From a virus (taxonomy: Duplodnaviria > Caudoviricetes), in IMG/VR virus record IMGVR_UViG_2593339199_000003, positions 32,001 to 96,000 of that record: 64,000 nt of DNA, one strand, 5' to 3'. Each line of letters opens with the position of its first letter. Positions within the stretch are counted from its first letter, which is position 1. The position numbers and the translations under genes are program-made. The notes beneath the pieces were generated by a model. That model ran no database searches and was not told the DNA's origin. It saw only the letters and a list, made by a program, of their open reading frames with translations. This document shows, in pieces, positions 30,601 to 38,931 of this stretch.

Positions 30601-33233
30601 TTCCAGACCGTCTCGTCGGCCGTGAAGATGTTCGTACCATCGATGTTTGCGCCGATCCGATTCGAGCCTTTCACGCGATAGTCGGATTCCCAAATCATCA
30701 TGTAGAAGTTGCGCTTATCCTTGGCCTTGAAGATGATACCGATGACGTCATCGTCCTGTGGGCCGACAGTTGGATCCGGGTTGCCTTCTCCGATCGTCTT
30801 GAAATCGAACTCAACTTCGTAGCTATCCCACCCATAATACTCGCCGCCGGCCCCCTTGGCGATGATGCCGCTGAAACACATACGGTTCGAGTTGTCATAG
30901 ATGTATTTGCCGTCGCTGCTTTTCTTCCAAACGTCGCTGCTGCCGTAGCCAACATAATCACCTGCAGACGAGGTGAACAGATCCTTCACGTCGCCCTGGT
31001 CCTGCACTTCGTAGAAGGCCTCGTAATTGACCGCCCATTCCAGCGTCTTCTTGCCGACCGCGCCAGCGATCTCCATGTTGATCTCGTATTCTTTCTGGAT
31101 AGGAAGCATCCGGTCTTCCTTAATCGTGAAGCCAAACTTCTTCGGCGGGTAGGCATCGATGCCAATTTTGTAAGGCGATTCATTGTAGGTTACATAGAGG
31201 TCGCCTTTGTACCAGATGCTGTACTGGAAGTTCAACTCTGGATAAATCAGGATCTGATGCTTACGTTTCCCCCGGAGCCGCGCGGCATATTGGAATGACT
31301 GAACGGCCACTTCATGTTGCGGCTTCTTAACCATGAGATCATCATGATCGCCGATACCGGACTTGATCGCATGCGCCATATCGACGCTGCCGTGGGAGCG
31401 GCCGTACAGTGTGGTGCTGAAGCCTTTACCATCCACGTAGTTCGATTCAAATTTCGGATCGCTCCACTGTTCATCCGTGTCCTCTGCAGGGAAGTAGGTC
31501 TGCTCGGAAGAGCCATCGGCTGGGAGCGGGTCCGGTGTAGCCATTATGCTGATCATCTCTTCGCTGACCGTGACCACGACTTGCTTAGCCAGCGATCCGG
31601 CCTTGGCCATGATGGTAGCGGAGCCGTTGACGACACCCTCAAGGGTTAAGGCGCTTTCGGTTTGCTTGTTGATCTGAACGATGCCATTGTCCTGCACTTC
31701 CCATGTTACCGGAGCAGCGTCCCCATTTAGCACTTGTGCAAAGAAAGTCAGTGACTGCCCGGGTGCGATATGCGCGCTTGCCGGCGTGACATTCAGGATG
31801 GGCTGCATTTGACCCTGCGCCGTGATCGTCGTGATCGACTGGCTGCCGTAAGCGGTGGCTCGGACTTGAATGTCCCCGGCGCTCAGTGCCTTGATGGTGA
31901 CACCTTTCCCGCTCCGGCTACTGATGCTTGCGATCTCCTCACCCTGCACGATGTCCCAAGTAATCGCAGAATCCACATGACCCATGTCCTCGAACATGAC
32001 ATCATAGAAGGCCGTAACTGTCAGCTCCTGACCCACGACAAGCGTGGATGTCTCCGGCAGCGTATGGAACCGGTAGAGCTGCTTGTTCCATACCGGTACT
32101 TTGACCGTTGCCGCTACTTCCTCTCCCCTATCGGAGCGGACGAGAAGATCAAACGAAAGGATATCGGAAGCCTGCGGCGTGATCTTGTAATCCGTCTCGC
32201 TGACTTTCTCGACAAATGCATTGCCATTGGTCAGCGTGAGTGTCGAGAGCTGGATAGCGAAACGATCGCCATTCTCATACTCCGCAGCGACATGTAGTGC
32301 CACCGTGTCGCCGACAAATGCACGCTCCTGGGAGCGGGAGATGGTGAGGCGTCCTTTCGGATCAACTACTGTGATCGCAATCGGCTTCGCATAAAAGTCA
32401 TCGTAACGAAGCATTAGATTCGTCGTGCCGGGCGCGATGCCCTCGAGCATCACCTGGCTGCCGTCGAAGCTGATAACCCTGGCTACTTTCTGTTCATCGA
32501 ATTTCCATCCGAGAGCTTCAGAGGCTACACCGCCGGCACCCTTCGTTTCCATATCCACGCGGATCGCCTGCTGCAAGCCCACTACGAGCTGCAGGCTTGT
32601 CGTCTCCGGCGTAATGTCGAGTACAAGATGATCACTGATGTCGAGGCCATAGGCATAAAGCTTATCGCTGTACGTCAGAACAATCTTGTCATTGCTGCTG
32701 GTGGCTTCGAGCTGGATGACCGTATAGTCGGCCGGCATCGGCGTCAGACTGTTGCGGCTGATCAGCGGCTTAATGTCCATGCCAGATACCGGCAGCTGTG
32801 TCTCCGGACTGCCCGCAGTCAACGTATCGATCTGCGGACCGTTAATCCAATCCGTCTCTACGTTCACATCTTCCTGCGGCAGCGCATTGGTCCATGCGTA
32901 AGGGCTGTCGAGTCCATCCGGCAAGCACACGATCGAGACGCGAGTGTCCGGGCTCCAGACATAATAAGCCTCCACGAGAAGATCCGGATCGGTCGCTTGG
33001 AGCTCTGCGAGCGTAGCCGCACCGAGCATAGCGGTACTCAGGTCTGTCAGCTTCTTGCCAGCCGCGAGACTGTCATTCCAATTCGTGATGATGGCTGTGT
33101 CCCTATAAAGGCAGACGTCCTGCTGGCTGCCGTCTCCGTGCTTCACCGTCGCAATGACTTCATAGTGGAATGAGAGCGAGATGATTGGGCGGATCACGGC
33201 TTGCAGTTTATAATCGAAATTTAAGATTGCCAT
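24696..33233 (-). CDS. Giant adhesin-like virion protein (Ig-like repeats, two TSP_C-like domains, interrupted PA14, C-terminal Big-1-like domains)
   Basis: VTPASAHIAPGQSLTF (Ig); DDDVIG/DDDMYG; SDDGFRLWVN...YYENTGSA (PA14); LRDENW..TTDDYG; ATG 33233 with GGAGG. Confidence 0.75.
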   Translation of the reverse strand: MAILNFDYKLQAVIRPIISLSFHYEVIATVKHGDGSQQDVCLYRDTAIITNWNDSLAAGKKLTDLSTAMLGAATLAELQATDPDLLVEAYYVWSPDTRVSIVCLPDGLDSPYAWTNALPQEDVNVETDWINGPQIDTLTAGSPETQLPVSGMDIKPLISRNSLTPMPADYTVIQLEATSSNDKIVLTYSDKLYAYGLDISDHLVLDITPETTSLQLVVGLQQAIRVDMETKGAGGVASEALGWKFDEQKVARVISFDGSQVMLEGIAPGTTNLMLRYDDFYAKPIAITVVDPKGRLTISRSQERAFVGDTVALHVAAEYENGDRFAIQLSTLTLTNGNAFVEKVSETDYKITPQASDILSFDLLVRSDRGEEVAATVKVPVWNKQLYRFHTLPETSTLVVGQELTVTAFYDVMFEDMGHVDSAITWDIVQGEEIASISSRSGKGVTIKALSAGDIQVRATAYGSQSITTITAQGQMQPILNVTPASAHIAPGQSLTFFAQVLNGDAAPVTWEVQDNGIVQINKQTESALTLEGVVNGSATIMAKAGSLAKQVVVTVSEEMISIMATPDPLPADGSSEQTYFPAEDTDEQWSDPKFESNYVDGKGFSTTLYGRSHGSVDMAHAIKSGIGDHDDLMVKKPQHEVAVQSFQYAARLRGKRKHQILIYPELNFQYSIWYKGDLYVTYNESPYKIGIDAYPPKKFGFTIKEDRMLPIQKEYEINMEIAGAVGKKTLEWAVNYEAFYEVQDQGDVKDLFTSSAGDYVGYGSSDVWKKSSDGKYIYDNSNRMCFSGIIAKGAGGEYYGWDSYEVEFDFKTIGEGNPDPTVGPQDDDVIGIIFKAKDKRNFYMMIWESDYRVKGSNRIGANIDGTNIFTADETVWNDGNHMAYSRNYLSSDSLWSAYQTGTGWKTQHRRIYKVTDGKMYKVNATDLGGGNGWDYQTMESMKVRCTGKHAEIFVRHSLTEEYAKVFEFDTDWENGAFGACNWSQAVEFHGIRVKHWIKFTGREPQTGWAQFDEITPSPKTINPSSSDYIKVNLLARMAQLGVTGKAYTIGSISAEVKDSTAGAAFAGVGQPVTVKTFNSPNAGTTQSFTYTKKGTFEVTPDNIDNTSGAVVFEDIDDFFRAEKSNFLASHADLSPDAITATYTIVKPASSDTEFAFENNKKLIFWHGDPEHVITEKTYEYSVYAYDGWVAARDLKEFVGGKWATYTLTLQDSGEYTIDPAHHAWKWAKAGTVTTHHDPTDVLMLKTTEWYQGTFPADIKNEGVANSDEPTYVDVPPNHEHYVDPYTGAPMPAVYANVHYVLHKYPVGKLSFLWMYWESKPGQTTRNTSSSVNVITSEPLLFTDRQNDRVVIKCDADPRYVPWISGKYIGQGKVNGKRPFFSSGAGKANMVDVPTDTVFLPPNLTHIEGPFIETDNENVTIEYDTFKKTVNFMSDYQDAYVWYTDWYTDWVEDPRSFYADNESVTTIGDTISINPMLDPNYDENVFIEKIEAISSNPFVSVWLDKQDGDTSGLLGTYYRYPLQTKILKESFVVGGDYHVKEQLFTVQEAVAAHREDGEPAREVFLAGQAAVRGRAAATEQKTAHTIYVPAGESSLKILTSFMQNTGDTFPDMIVHAPNGETFGITANNGTWAQTAISKTIFENGNLITAASKYDYSGGADVYELMTFTRPIEGSWMVEVYNQGITDTDYAITSNIGNTVQQQFYTDFAADPWNVQIKVNGISITDFVVDDKRITLGPVLLKTDLLDINYTAGGYQIDELPMQSTFSFNDLQPFTILSVQRNGVEIPQSSTEGYTVDGQQFQLHGSYVTPGDVKVRYATGSITNLFELTQDPGLGVTVYLNGVKLDPSKYSLSGRTLVVDRSMLNPKDWIHVQSYEVTGSFDPSKANYLGDVQFSRVDARIDFNWGSQSPFVSTEPVGTNAAAFTSQSVILDQMSFNLNVDLDISYPSDEVIDISNFTGEWIKFDENVGADVGDWHGPPEDGYSKVTNLANQSYRSGFFNPNHRDFTDYTFSFKVQEVASGDDDMYGAIFRFDPGTLNFYSFEMDAYWSRNMVGGTDAKGMGIYRNICLNPSQYGVAKLQYTKVMLAHLDEGWTFGADETNEIKVKLVGRSITVWVNGTEKFSIVDSAPDAILKGAWGPVTASQPKTYFWDFKASRMLLNTFVQSPGQRHTISAQVDRPITDSPKTLTVIVKDISIHDEFLQEINNFLAAHPGMTEADISCSFKIMNDASITKTSFDKAAAHGTLTIDGTSRVVAEITTKPASAPDAPDWSDYRHLPRTYLDPNAPLDVYTPDLPEPYIAPIQVPASGSPSDGFAISWRGNIYAPTAGLYQFHSTSDDGFRLWVNRVQVIDAWRDEPDTNSGSINLEGGRWYEISATYYENTGSAMVKLEWTQPGGTKEIVPSSRLAPFLGYAINAQVRSAAPLPWNPMLHNGYYYFQEKEQYLFAEKIRLVKTPVDQQILISPRPQQGAAFIVRDNEGNNLRKVAFFEEVRNAAGLLTGVNQTLENIESMSGNGYAKYYLQYKAIDPDTLVVTLNGITISSTQYIFNPKNSSIEFMNNLGFDDIMEFRYKLLYSFYVDYNYDVENDVARIVLHNNYDPTMMQDMEIIYEGAKDTPFYRAEEVSFNPILNHNHRGFLCLTNKVDQDPKVLEISISPKSLPAGSTGKVLVTGRALDKYNNPIQNKEVDIYRDGELMFSGKTNRAGEVYLYDQPIMPSDNITNYQIVCADLSNMEQLSFYAPNVANRVYLEMKTSKAVLLAGQNDEATITITLRDENWGVLTGKQIRVAYKDTKGVTRSFVPTTDDYGQTSITISGLSQEQGVFAVTATCTVGAEESSNFIFLKVIGA

Positions 33234-34669
33234 ACGTTTGAGCCCTCCCACCGTTTCGGGTTAAAGGTATAGTCCTTCCAGTTGTCGATGCTTGAATCCC
33301 AGATGTTCGGCAGATATCCGAGGCCGGTCAGATCTTTGCTGATCGTATCCCAGTAGCCTTCATCCCAATTGAAGCGGCCCCACATGATCGGCGCCACCGT
33401 ATTGATATAGTTCACCCAGCGCTTGAGTGTCTCAGATGCTTGCCCGTCATCCTGGAACATGATGCGGTACAGCTCCTCGTCGCTCTTTTGATACAACTCA
33501 TGCTTCTCGACGTCCTTAATGAAAGAGACGGTTCGCGTCCGGCCGGAGCTCTGCGCTTGAATCAGGATATAGCCGAACTCGTCTATAGCATAATCCAGTG
33601 GCTCAAGCGGCTGCCCATCAATGCGAATCGTATAGGGCTCGACACCCTTCCCTTTCAAGTACAAGTTTTTGTTGTCGTCCTGCCAGGTTACGCGGCGAAT
33701 CAGATTTAACTCACGTGCGATCGCGAAGGTAAGCCCTTGGTCACTGCTGTTGCCGGGATATCGGAACACGTCCTTGATGCGCTCGCGATATTCGGCATTC
33801 TTCTCTCGGTGCAGCCGCGGCGTCCCCGTGAGCAGCCCAAACTCATCGAACGCGTTCCAGATTTGATGCGGCAGCGCGGTCACTGTGAAGCTGCTCCGCC
33901 GGTCAATGTTCTGGATTTCCCCGCGGAATGCGCCGTATTCTTTGCGTGTGTACATCCGCCGATTATCGAAGTCAATGATACCGCCGCCGTCGAGCTTGTT
34001 GAAAAAGAAATCCCGCAGCGAATCGATTATGGGGATAGGTTCCTCATCATCATAGAAGGCAAGCTGGTCGGATGTCCGGATGTCCGGCAGATCATAGACC
34101 CACACCCAATCAAGTATCTGCGGATCAAGAAGATCGATGAACTTCTGGCTTTTGAGCTCGTCGTATTCATCCTCGACCGTTTCCAGCATCATGGCGTACC
34201 AGTTGAAGAAGCGCTGACCGTTGGACTCCCGCGACTGCCGAATCCAAGTCCAAAGCGGATATTCATTGGCGATGCGCTGCGTAATCTCCGAATACCAGTA
34301 ATCGTTAAGAAAGATACCGTAAATACCTGTTGCATCGCCTGTTGCCGTGAGCGTCTTTTCGCCTTCATCGAGGCTTGTGTCGAGCACGCGCCACATACTG
34401 ATGCCATCATAGCGAACGATACGGCAATACTTCGCTTCCGTATTGGTCAGCTTGTTGGCATAGGGGATTGTGATGACCAGCTGCTGTTCTGGTAAGTCCG
34501 ATAAGATTTCAAATTGCATCGCGGTCGGAATGTATCGCAAGTAAGTTTGGTCATCCACAAAGACCGTCTGCCCCTGAATGTCCGGGTCCAGTTTACGCGC
34601 GCAGGTCACCGGATACGAACTGGAGATCGTAATCTCGTCATTCGTGTATAAGTATCGGGTGTCAGCCAC
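33221..34669 (-). CDS. Baseplate wedge-like protein
   Basis: FDEFGLLTGTPRLHREKNAEYRERI matches the LD..G...G..R...E....YR.RI wedge motif; AGGAGG before GTG 34669. Confidence 0.6.
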   Translation of the reverse strand: MADTRYLYTNDEITISSSYPVTCARKLDPDIQGQTVFVDDQTYLRYIPTAMQFEILSDLPEQQLVITIPYANKLTNTEAKYCRIVRYDGISMWRVLDTSLDEGEKTLTATGDATGIYGIFLNDYWYSEITQRIANEYPLWTWIRQSRESNGQRFFNWYAMMLETVEDEYDELKSQKFIDLLDPQILDWVWVYDLPDIRTSDQLAFYDDEEPIPIIDSLRDFFFNKLDGGGIIDFDNRRMYTRKEYGAFRGEIQNIDRRSSFTVTALPHQIWNAFDEFGLLTGTPRLHREKNAEYRERIKDVFRYPGNSSDQGLTFAIARELNLIRRVTWQDDNKNLYLKGKGVEPYTIRIDGQPLEPLDYAIDEFGYILIQAQSSGRTRTVSFIKDVEKHELYQKSDEELYRIMFQDDGQASETLKRWVNYINTVAPIMWGRFNWDEGYWDTISKDLTGLGYLPNIWDSSIDNWKDYTFNPKRWEGSNVWQS

Positions 34670-34689
34670 CTTGTCGCACCTCCTTTTAT

Positions 34690-34719
34690 TGCAAGGCATT
34701 ACATTTTTCTATTATATCA
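34690..34719 (-). promoter_or_regulatory. Extended -10 promoter (TGATATAAT) with downstream operator-like TGTAATGCCTTGCA
   Basis: TATAAT at 34711-34716, motif at 34690-34703, then RBS; no clear -35. Confidence 0.6.
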
Positions 34720-34731
34720 GAACCCGAACAT

Positions 34732-34774
34732 AAAGAAAGAACATTTCCGCACGGGGCAGAAATGTTCTTTCTTT
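34732..34774 (-). terminator. Rho-independent terminator
   Basis: AAAGAAAGAACATTTCTGC-CCCGT-GCGGAAATGTTCTTTCTTT. Confidence 0.8.
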
Positions 34775-34783
34775 GGGACTGGA

Positions 34784-35422
34784 TTACAGCGAGTTATCAA
34801 TCGCCGAAACCACGTAGCTATACTCGCTGCCGTTGACAACCGTAATGTCGTCGTACAGCGTTACGTCGCCGGCCACTTGTGCCAGGAACGCATGCGCACT
34901 TTGATCCGAAGACAGTTTACGGTATACGCGGTAGCCGCCCAGGTTCTCATTGAGCTTGGCGTCCTCGGCGTCCGTAACCGTGTTCCAAGTGATGCGAACC
35001 GTCGCGTCGCCGGAAGTCGTTTGCAGGTTTTGAGGAACCGATGGGATCGTCTTCACGGCAAGGTCGTCGGACTGCGCGCCTTCGTTCGGCGTAACTTCGT
35101 CGTCATATGCGGAAACCGCATAGATGTAGGAAGCACCGTCGAGCATCGTTGCGTCCTCGAACGTCGTTACCTGTGCATCAACAGATGCCGGTACGTTCGA
35201 TACGAGGGCGAATGAATCTCCAGCGCTGGCTTTGCGGTAAACGCGGTAGCCGGCCAGATCGGTCAGTGCCGAGGCGTCAGCATCTGTGGTAACCGGATCC
35301 CAATTCAGGGTTACCTTGCCTTGGGAAACCGCGAAATTGAGGTTCAGCACTTTTGCAGGCGCAAGCGTGTCGCCTGCCATCGCAGTCACGGGGGACGATA
35401 AATTCGACTCTAAAACAGCCAT
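34784..35422 (-). CDS. Tandem fibronectin type III domain protein
   Basis: Two repeats V.L.W...LAGYRVYRK...F/YDD...G..Y.Y.VSA.D; AAGGAG before ATG 35422; has its own promoter and terminator. Confidence 0.85.
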   Translation of the reverse strand: MAVLESNLSSPVTAMAGDTLAPAKVLNLNFAVSQGKVTLNWDPVTTDADASALTDLAGYRVYRKASAGDSFALVSNVPASVDAQVTTFEDATMLDGASYIYAVSAYDDEVTPNEGAQSDDLAVKTIPSVPQNLQTTSGDATVRITWNTVTDAEDAKLNENLGGYRVYRKLSSDQSAHAFLAQVAGDVTLYDDITVVNGSEYSYVVSAIDNSL

Positions 35423-35493
35423 GTCTATCACTCCTTATGAATCTATTTATGCCAAGGCAATGCCCTAACAATAGGAAAAACTTGCCTTTTTAC

Positions 35494-35522
35494 ATCATAG
35501 CGGGAAGCTCCATATAGTTCAA
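35494..35522 (-). promoter_or_regulatory. SigmaA-type promoter for the FN3 gene
   Basis: TTGAAC-17 bp-TATGAT; operator-like TGTAGCGCATTACA at 35533-35546 just upstream. Confidence 0.6.
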
Positions 35523-35541
35523 GCGCCCTAATTGTAGCGCA

Positions 35542-35988
35542 TTACACTCTTCCGATGATATTCTTCTTTTTCTGGATATAATCCGCGCGATTAGCCAGAA
35601 TTGCTTTTGCATTCTCGCTTGCATATCCGAGATAATCGAACAGCCAATTGGCCTTTAACGTTTGTCCATTCGTGATCTCGTGCGTCCCCATAACTGTCTT
35701 AATGCCGGCAAGCACTTCCTCGTCTTCCGCGGTTAAGCTCATACCGTCCAGCCTCTTCATAACGACTCGCATGAAGGAGAACAGCGTGAACTCCAGGATC
35801 GATGCACTGACCGCTGGGTTCACCTTCTCAGCCGCGATGTCGAATAGGATCTTATTGACCAGCTCCTGCTCGTCGGCCGGCAGCACCGCATAAGATTCTG
35901 CGTTTAACTCGCCGCTTTCGATTTTACTGCGAAGCGTCGCTTCTGTTTTTACTTCTTCAGGTACAAGGCTGATACGTTCTCTTGCCAT
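35542..35988 (-). CDS. Hypothetical helical protein (possible fibre chaperone)
   Basis: 148 aa, AAGGAG RBS, at the end of the RBP cassette; chaperone role is only positional inference. Confidence 0.65.
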   Translation of the reverse strand: MARERISLVPEEVKTEATLRSKIESGELNAESYAVLPADEQELVNKILFDIAAEKVNPAVSASILEFTLFSFMRVVMKRLDGMSLTAEDEEVLAGIKTVMGTHEITNGQTLKANWLFDYLGYASENAKAILANRADYIQKKKNIIGRV

Positions 35989-36001
35989 GACAATCTCTCC
36001 T

Positions 36002-36616
36002 TTAGGACCATGTGAGTCCGTAATTTAATAGCTGTGCATTGGCAGGCAACACTGCTTTGAGTCGAAGTTTCTTATCCTGCGGTGACTTAGCGGTAAAGTA
36101 GAATAAGGATTCGGGTGAGATCGTTTCCCATGTGACGCCATCGTCGCGAGAAATGGAATACGTGCCGGCAATAGTTGGACTTTCGTTTTCTTCAACCACC
36201 AAGATTGCCTTTTCTGGTACAACATCGGCAAGCTCCTGTGTGGTGACAATCGTATAGCTCCCGCTCCCGCTTGCTTTCACAAGGCCATTCGTTGTATCCA
36301 GTGTATAGCTGGAGCTTTTCCCCGCATCGATCCCGCTTGCATCCAGAAAATCCTCAAAGATCATATTCTGATGCTTGTAACGTATCGTCTTGGCAACCAC
36401 GTTGAGCTTGGCATTCGCCTTCATAATGTTGATCGCATCATTAATGATCAGCTCGTTAGCTTTCGCCACCGCATTCTGAATACCCGCCTCTAGGGCATCG
36501 ATCCGGTCTTTGGCGTGCGGATAAGCTCCCGTCACGCCAGTCCCCAAGATATTATTCCTCGTGTTCTTTTCGTCTTTCGCAGCCTTGTTGGCCACGCCGT
36601 AAGCGATAATATCCAT
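36002..36616 (-). CDS. Tail fibre/RBP adaptor-like protein
   Basis: MDII N-terminus, IFEDFLDASGID and SRDDGVTW modules shared with neighbours. Confidence 0.6.
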   Translation of the reverse strand: MDIIAYGVANKAAKDEKNTRNNILGTGVTGAYPHAKDRIDALEAGIQNAVAKANELIINDAINIMKANAKLNVVAKTIRYKHQNMIFEDFLDASGIDAGKSSSYTLDTTNGLVKASGSGSYTIVTTQELADVVPEKAILVVEENESPTIAGTYSISRDDGVTWETISPESLFYFTAKSPQDKKLRLKAVLPANAQLLNYGLTWS

Positions 36617-36629
36617 GTCCTTTCACTCC

Positions 36630-38930
36630 TTACACCCAAGAATACGAGACACCTTGAAGCTCTTGTCCAGTGCTCAGAATCGCTTTGACCCGAAGCGATT
36701 TACCGGCTGGCAAGTTGCTCAAGTAGGCTAATTGATCCGGCTGCACTTGCTTCCATGTCACGCCGTCATCGCGGGATACGTAAAGCTCAGGCATTAACGG
36801 CATCAACACATTGAAAACCACGGACAAATCACTCACAGACGGTGACAGGGTGTAGATTTTGTTGTTGACTTGCAGTTGATCAATCTTAGCGGTGTCCGTG
36901 CTCGACGATTGCTCCAAGTAATAAGCAAGCCGGAGCTTGCCGCCATTTACAATGCTGGCCCATTCGGATGCAGTGAGTGCATTGATCTGATCCGGCGTCA
37001 TTCTGTTCGCTTTCACACTGACTAGATCCGATATATCGATGGACTGCCACGCGCCCGATGCATGAGACATCCAGGTTACTCCGCCGTCTCCACTCGCAAG
37101 CACGCCAATCGCGCCCGCGCCGGTGACCGTCGCTGAGAGGCTGAGCGAGACGATGTTCTTCACAATTAGATCATCTTTTGGCATGAGCAGCCTGCCCGGC
37201 GGCACGGCCGTTATGACCATAAATCGCGACGCGTCATCTTCATCAGTCCAAACCAGCAGCTCCGGCGCTGCAAGCTTCCGAATGGCCGCGTCATCGACAA
37301 GAAAAAGGCTGTCCATCCCGTTAGCATCAAACATCGCTTTGGTTACAGGAGCGGCTCCGATGGTGGACCAACCTTGAGATGCCGGCTCTATCAGCTCCAG
37401 TTCGCCAATGGCTACATGACCAGTCGAAGAATACGTGGCCGTAATATAGATTCGATAATAGCGATATGCTGCTGGCGTGGCAGAAAAGTCATACAAGGTT
37501 CGGCGATTGGCCGTCTGGTCTGCACCGGTGATGCTATGAAGATTATCCCAGACCAGTGCATCGTTGCTACCTTGAAACACCCAGTTCTTTGGCGACTGCG
37601 GGAACGACCCGTTGTTTCGAGTCGTGATCGCGTACTTGCCGATTCGCTTTTGGTTGCCTGCTCCAAAATCAACTTGAAGCCACTGCTTTCCCGTGTCGGT
37701 ATTGTTGGAATGCCAGCAGTCATCGGTGTCAACGTTCGTATTATTAAACGCCTTCCAGCAATCGTTATTCGGAATATAAACCGACGATGCCGAAAGTGAT
37801 ATCGGACTTGGCGCAGTATTGGACGTCATCTTAGGCACGGCATCGGTTAATCCGTCAGATGCCCTGAAATACATTTTTATGTCATTGCCGTCCTGGAATA
37901 AGAACTTGTTCATGTATACGGTGGCCATGGCTGACATGAATGTTCCCGCTCCCCCGATGCCACCATCTCCGGATTCTGCCCCACGGGTACCAATCCCGCG
38001 CGCGCCGCCGACGACAGAAGTGGTGCCGATTTTAGTCGGTGTGACTTCTGTCGTCACTTCAATATGGCCACCTCCGCTACCTCCACCACCAGCACGATAC
38101 GCGTTGCCACCTGCAGATCCATTGGAAGCTAACGTGCCATTGTTGATGATGTCTTTGGCGTGCACAATCAGTAGGCCGCCGGTTCCGTCCGCTCCAGGCT
38201 GGCCATCCCCCCGGTTGCCGGCCGCTCCTGCACCTCCTGGATTACCGGCTCCACCGCCAGAGCTGTTGGAGAATGACGAGGTTGAATAGCCATAACCGCC
38301 TGCTCCTCCATTAGCCGCGGCGTTGCCGCCCGCCCCATTGTTGCCGCCACCGCCGCCCGATCCGCCTGAATAGGATGTTGCAGCAGCACCGGATCCACTG
38401 GCGCCGCCGCGGCCAGCACCTGGAGCACCGCCGCCGAGCTGCCGGCCCGCACCTGCGATACCCGACAATGCCGATGTATGGCCTGACGTCTCGCTGCCCT
38501 GACTAGCTTGAGCAAGTCCCGCCGCTCCAGCCGCCGGCACAAAGCATAGGTTTCCATTCAAGTCCTTATACATATAGACATTCTGACCTGCCGCTGCGGC
38601 ACCACGGGCCGTCATGGAAATCGTACCGTTGTTGGCCAGTATGCCATTGACGAAGATCATCATCCCCCGCTTCCGTACTTGTGGCGTAATGGTTACGCCG
38701 CTGTTAATGGTCAAGCTGCCGTGATATTTAAGGATCAGCATGCGTTGATCAGCAGTCGTGTTGCCGAGGACCGGCGTTGCCGCATACACCGTGTCACCAT
38801 AGATGTTGACGAACTCAACTTGGAGATCAACTATTTCACTATTTGCGGTTGTCTGGAAGATGTGATCTCCATCCGGGATACTCATCATGATATATTCATA
38901 CAAGGTTGCCTTGCCCGTATAAGTTGCCAT
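36630..38930 (-). CDS. Receptor-binding protein: Gly-rich fibre domain plus F5/8 (discoidin) domain
   Basis: GGGGSGGG repeats; WKAFNN...WLQVDFG...PKNWVFQGSND..W...YRYYRI...IGELEL; ATG 38930. Confidence 0.75.
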   Translation of the reverse strand: MATYTGKATLYEYIMMSIPDGDHIFQTTANSEIVDLQVEFVNIYGDTVYAATPVLGNTTADQRMLILKYHGSLTINSGVTITPQVRKRGMMIFVNGILANNGTISMTARGAAAAGQNVYMYKDLNGNLCFVPAAGAAGLAQASQGSETSGHTSALSGIAGAGRQLGGGAPGAGRGGASGSGAAATSYSGGSGGGGGNNGAGGNAAANGGAGGYGYSTSSFSNSSGGGAGNPGGAGAAGNRGDGQPGADGTGGLLIVHAKDIINNGTLASNGSAGGNAYRAGGGGSGGGHIEVTTEVTPTKIGTTSVVGGARGIGTRGAESGDGGIGGAGTFMSAMATVYMNKFLFQDGNDIKMYFRASDGLTDAVPKMTSNTAPSPISLSASSVYIPNNDCWKAFNNTNVDTDDCWHSNNTDTGKQWLQVDFGAGNQKRIGKYAITTRNNGSFPQSPKNWVFQGSNDALVWDNLHSITGADQTANRRTLYDFSATPAAYRYYRIYITATYSSTGHVAIGELELIEPASQGWSTIGAAPVTKAMFDANGMDSLFLVDDAAIRKLAAPELLVWTDEDDASRFMVITAVPPGRLLMPKDDLIVKNIVSLSLSATVTGAGAIGVLASGDGGVTWMSHASGAWQSIDISDLVSVKANRMTPDQINALTASEWASIVNGGKLRLAYYLEQSSSTDTAKIDQLQVNNKIYTLSPSVSDLSVVFNVLMPLMPELYVSRDDGVTWKQVQPDQLAYLSNLPAGKSLRVKAILSTGQELQGVSYSWV

Positions 38931-38931
38931 T

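Noticed and set aside
38683-38699. Inverted repeat GGCGTAA-TGG-TTACGCC as another operator copy
   Set aside because: Spacing differs by one base from the 14-bp motif and it lies mid-gene; probably chance
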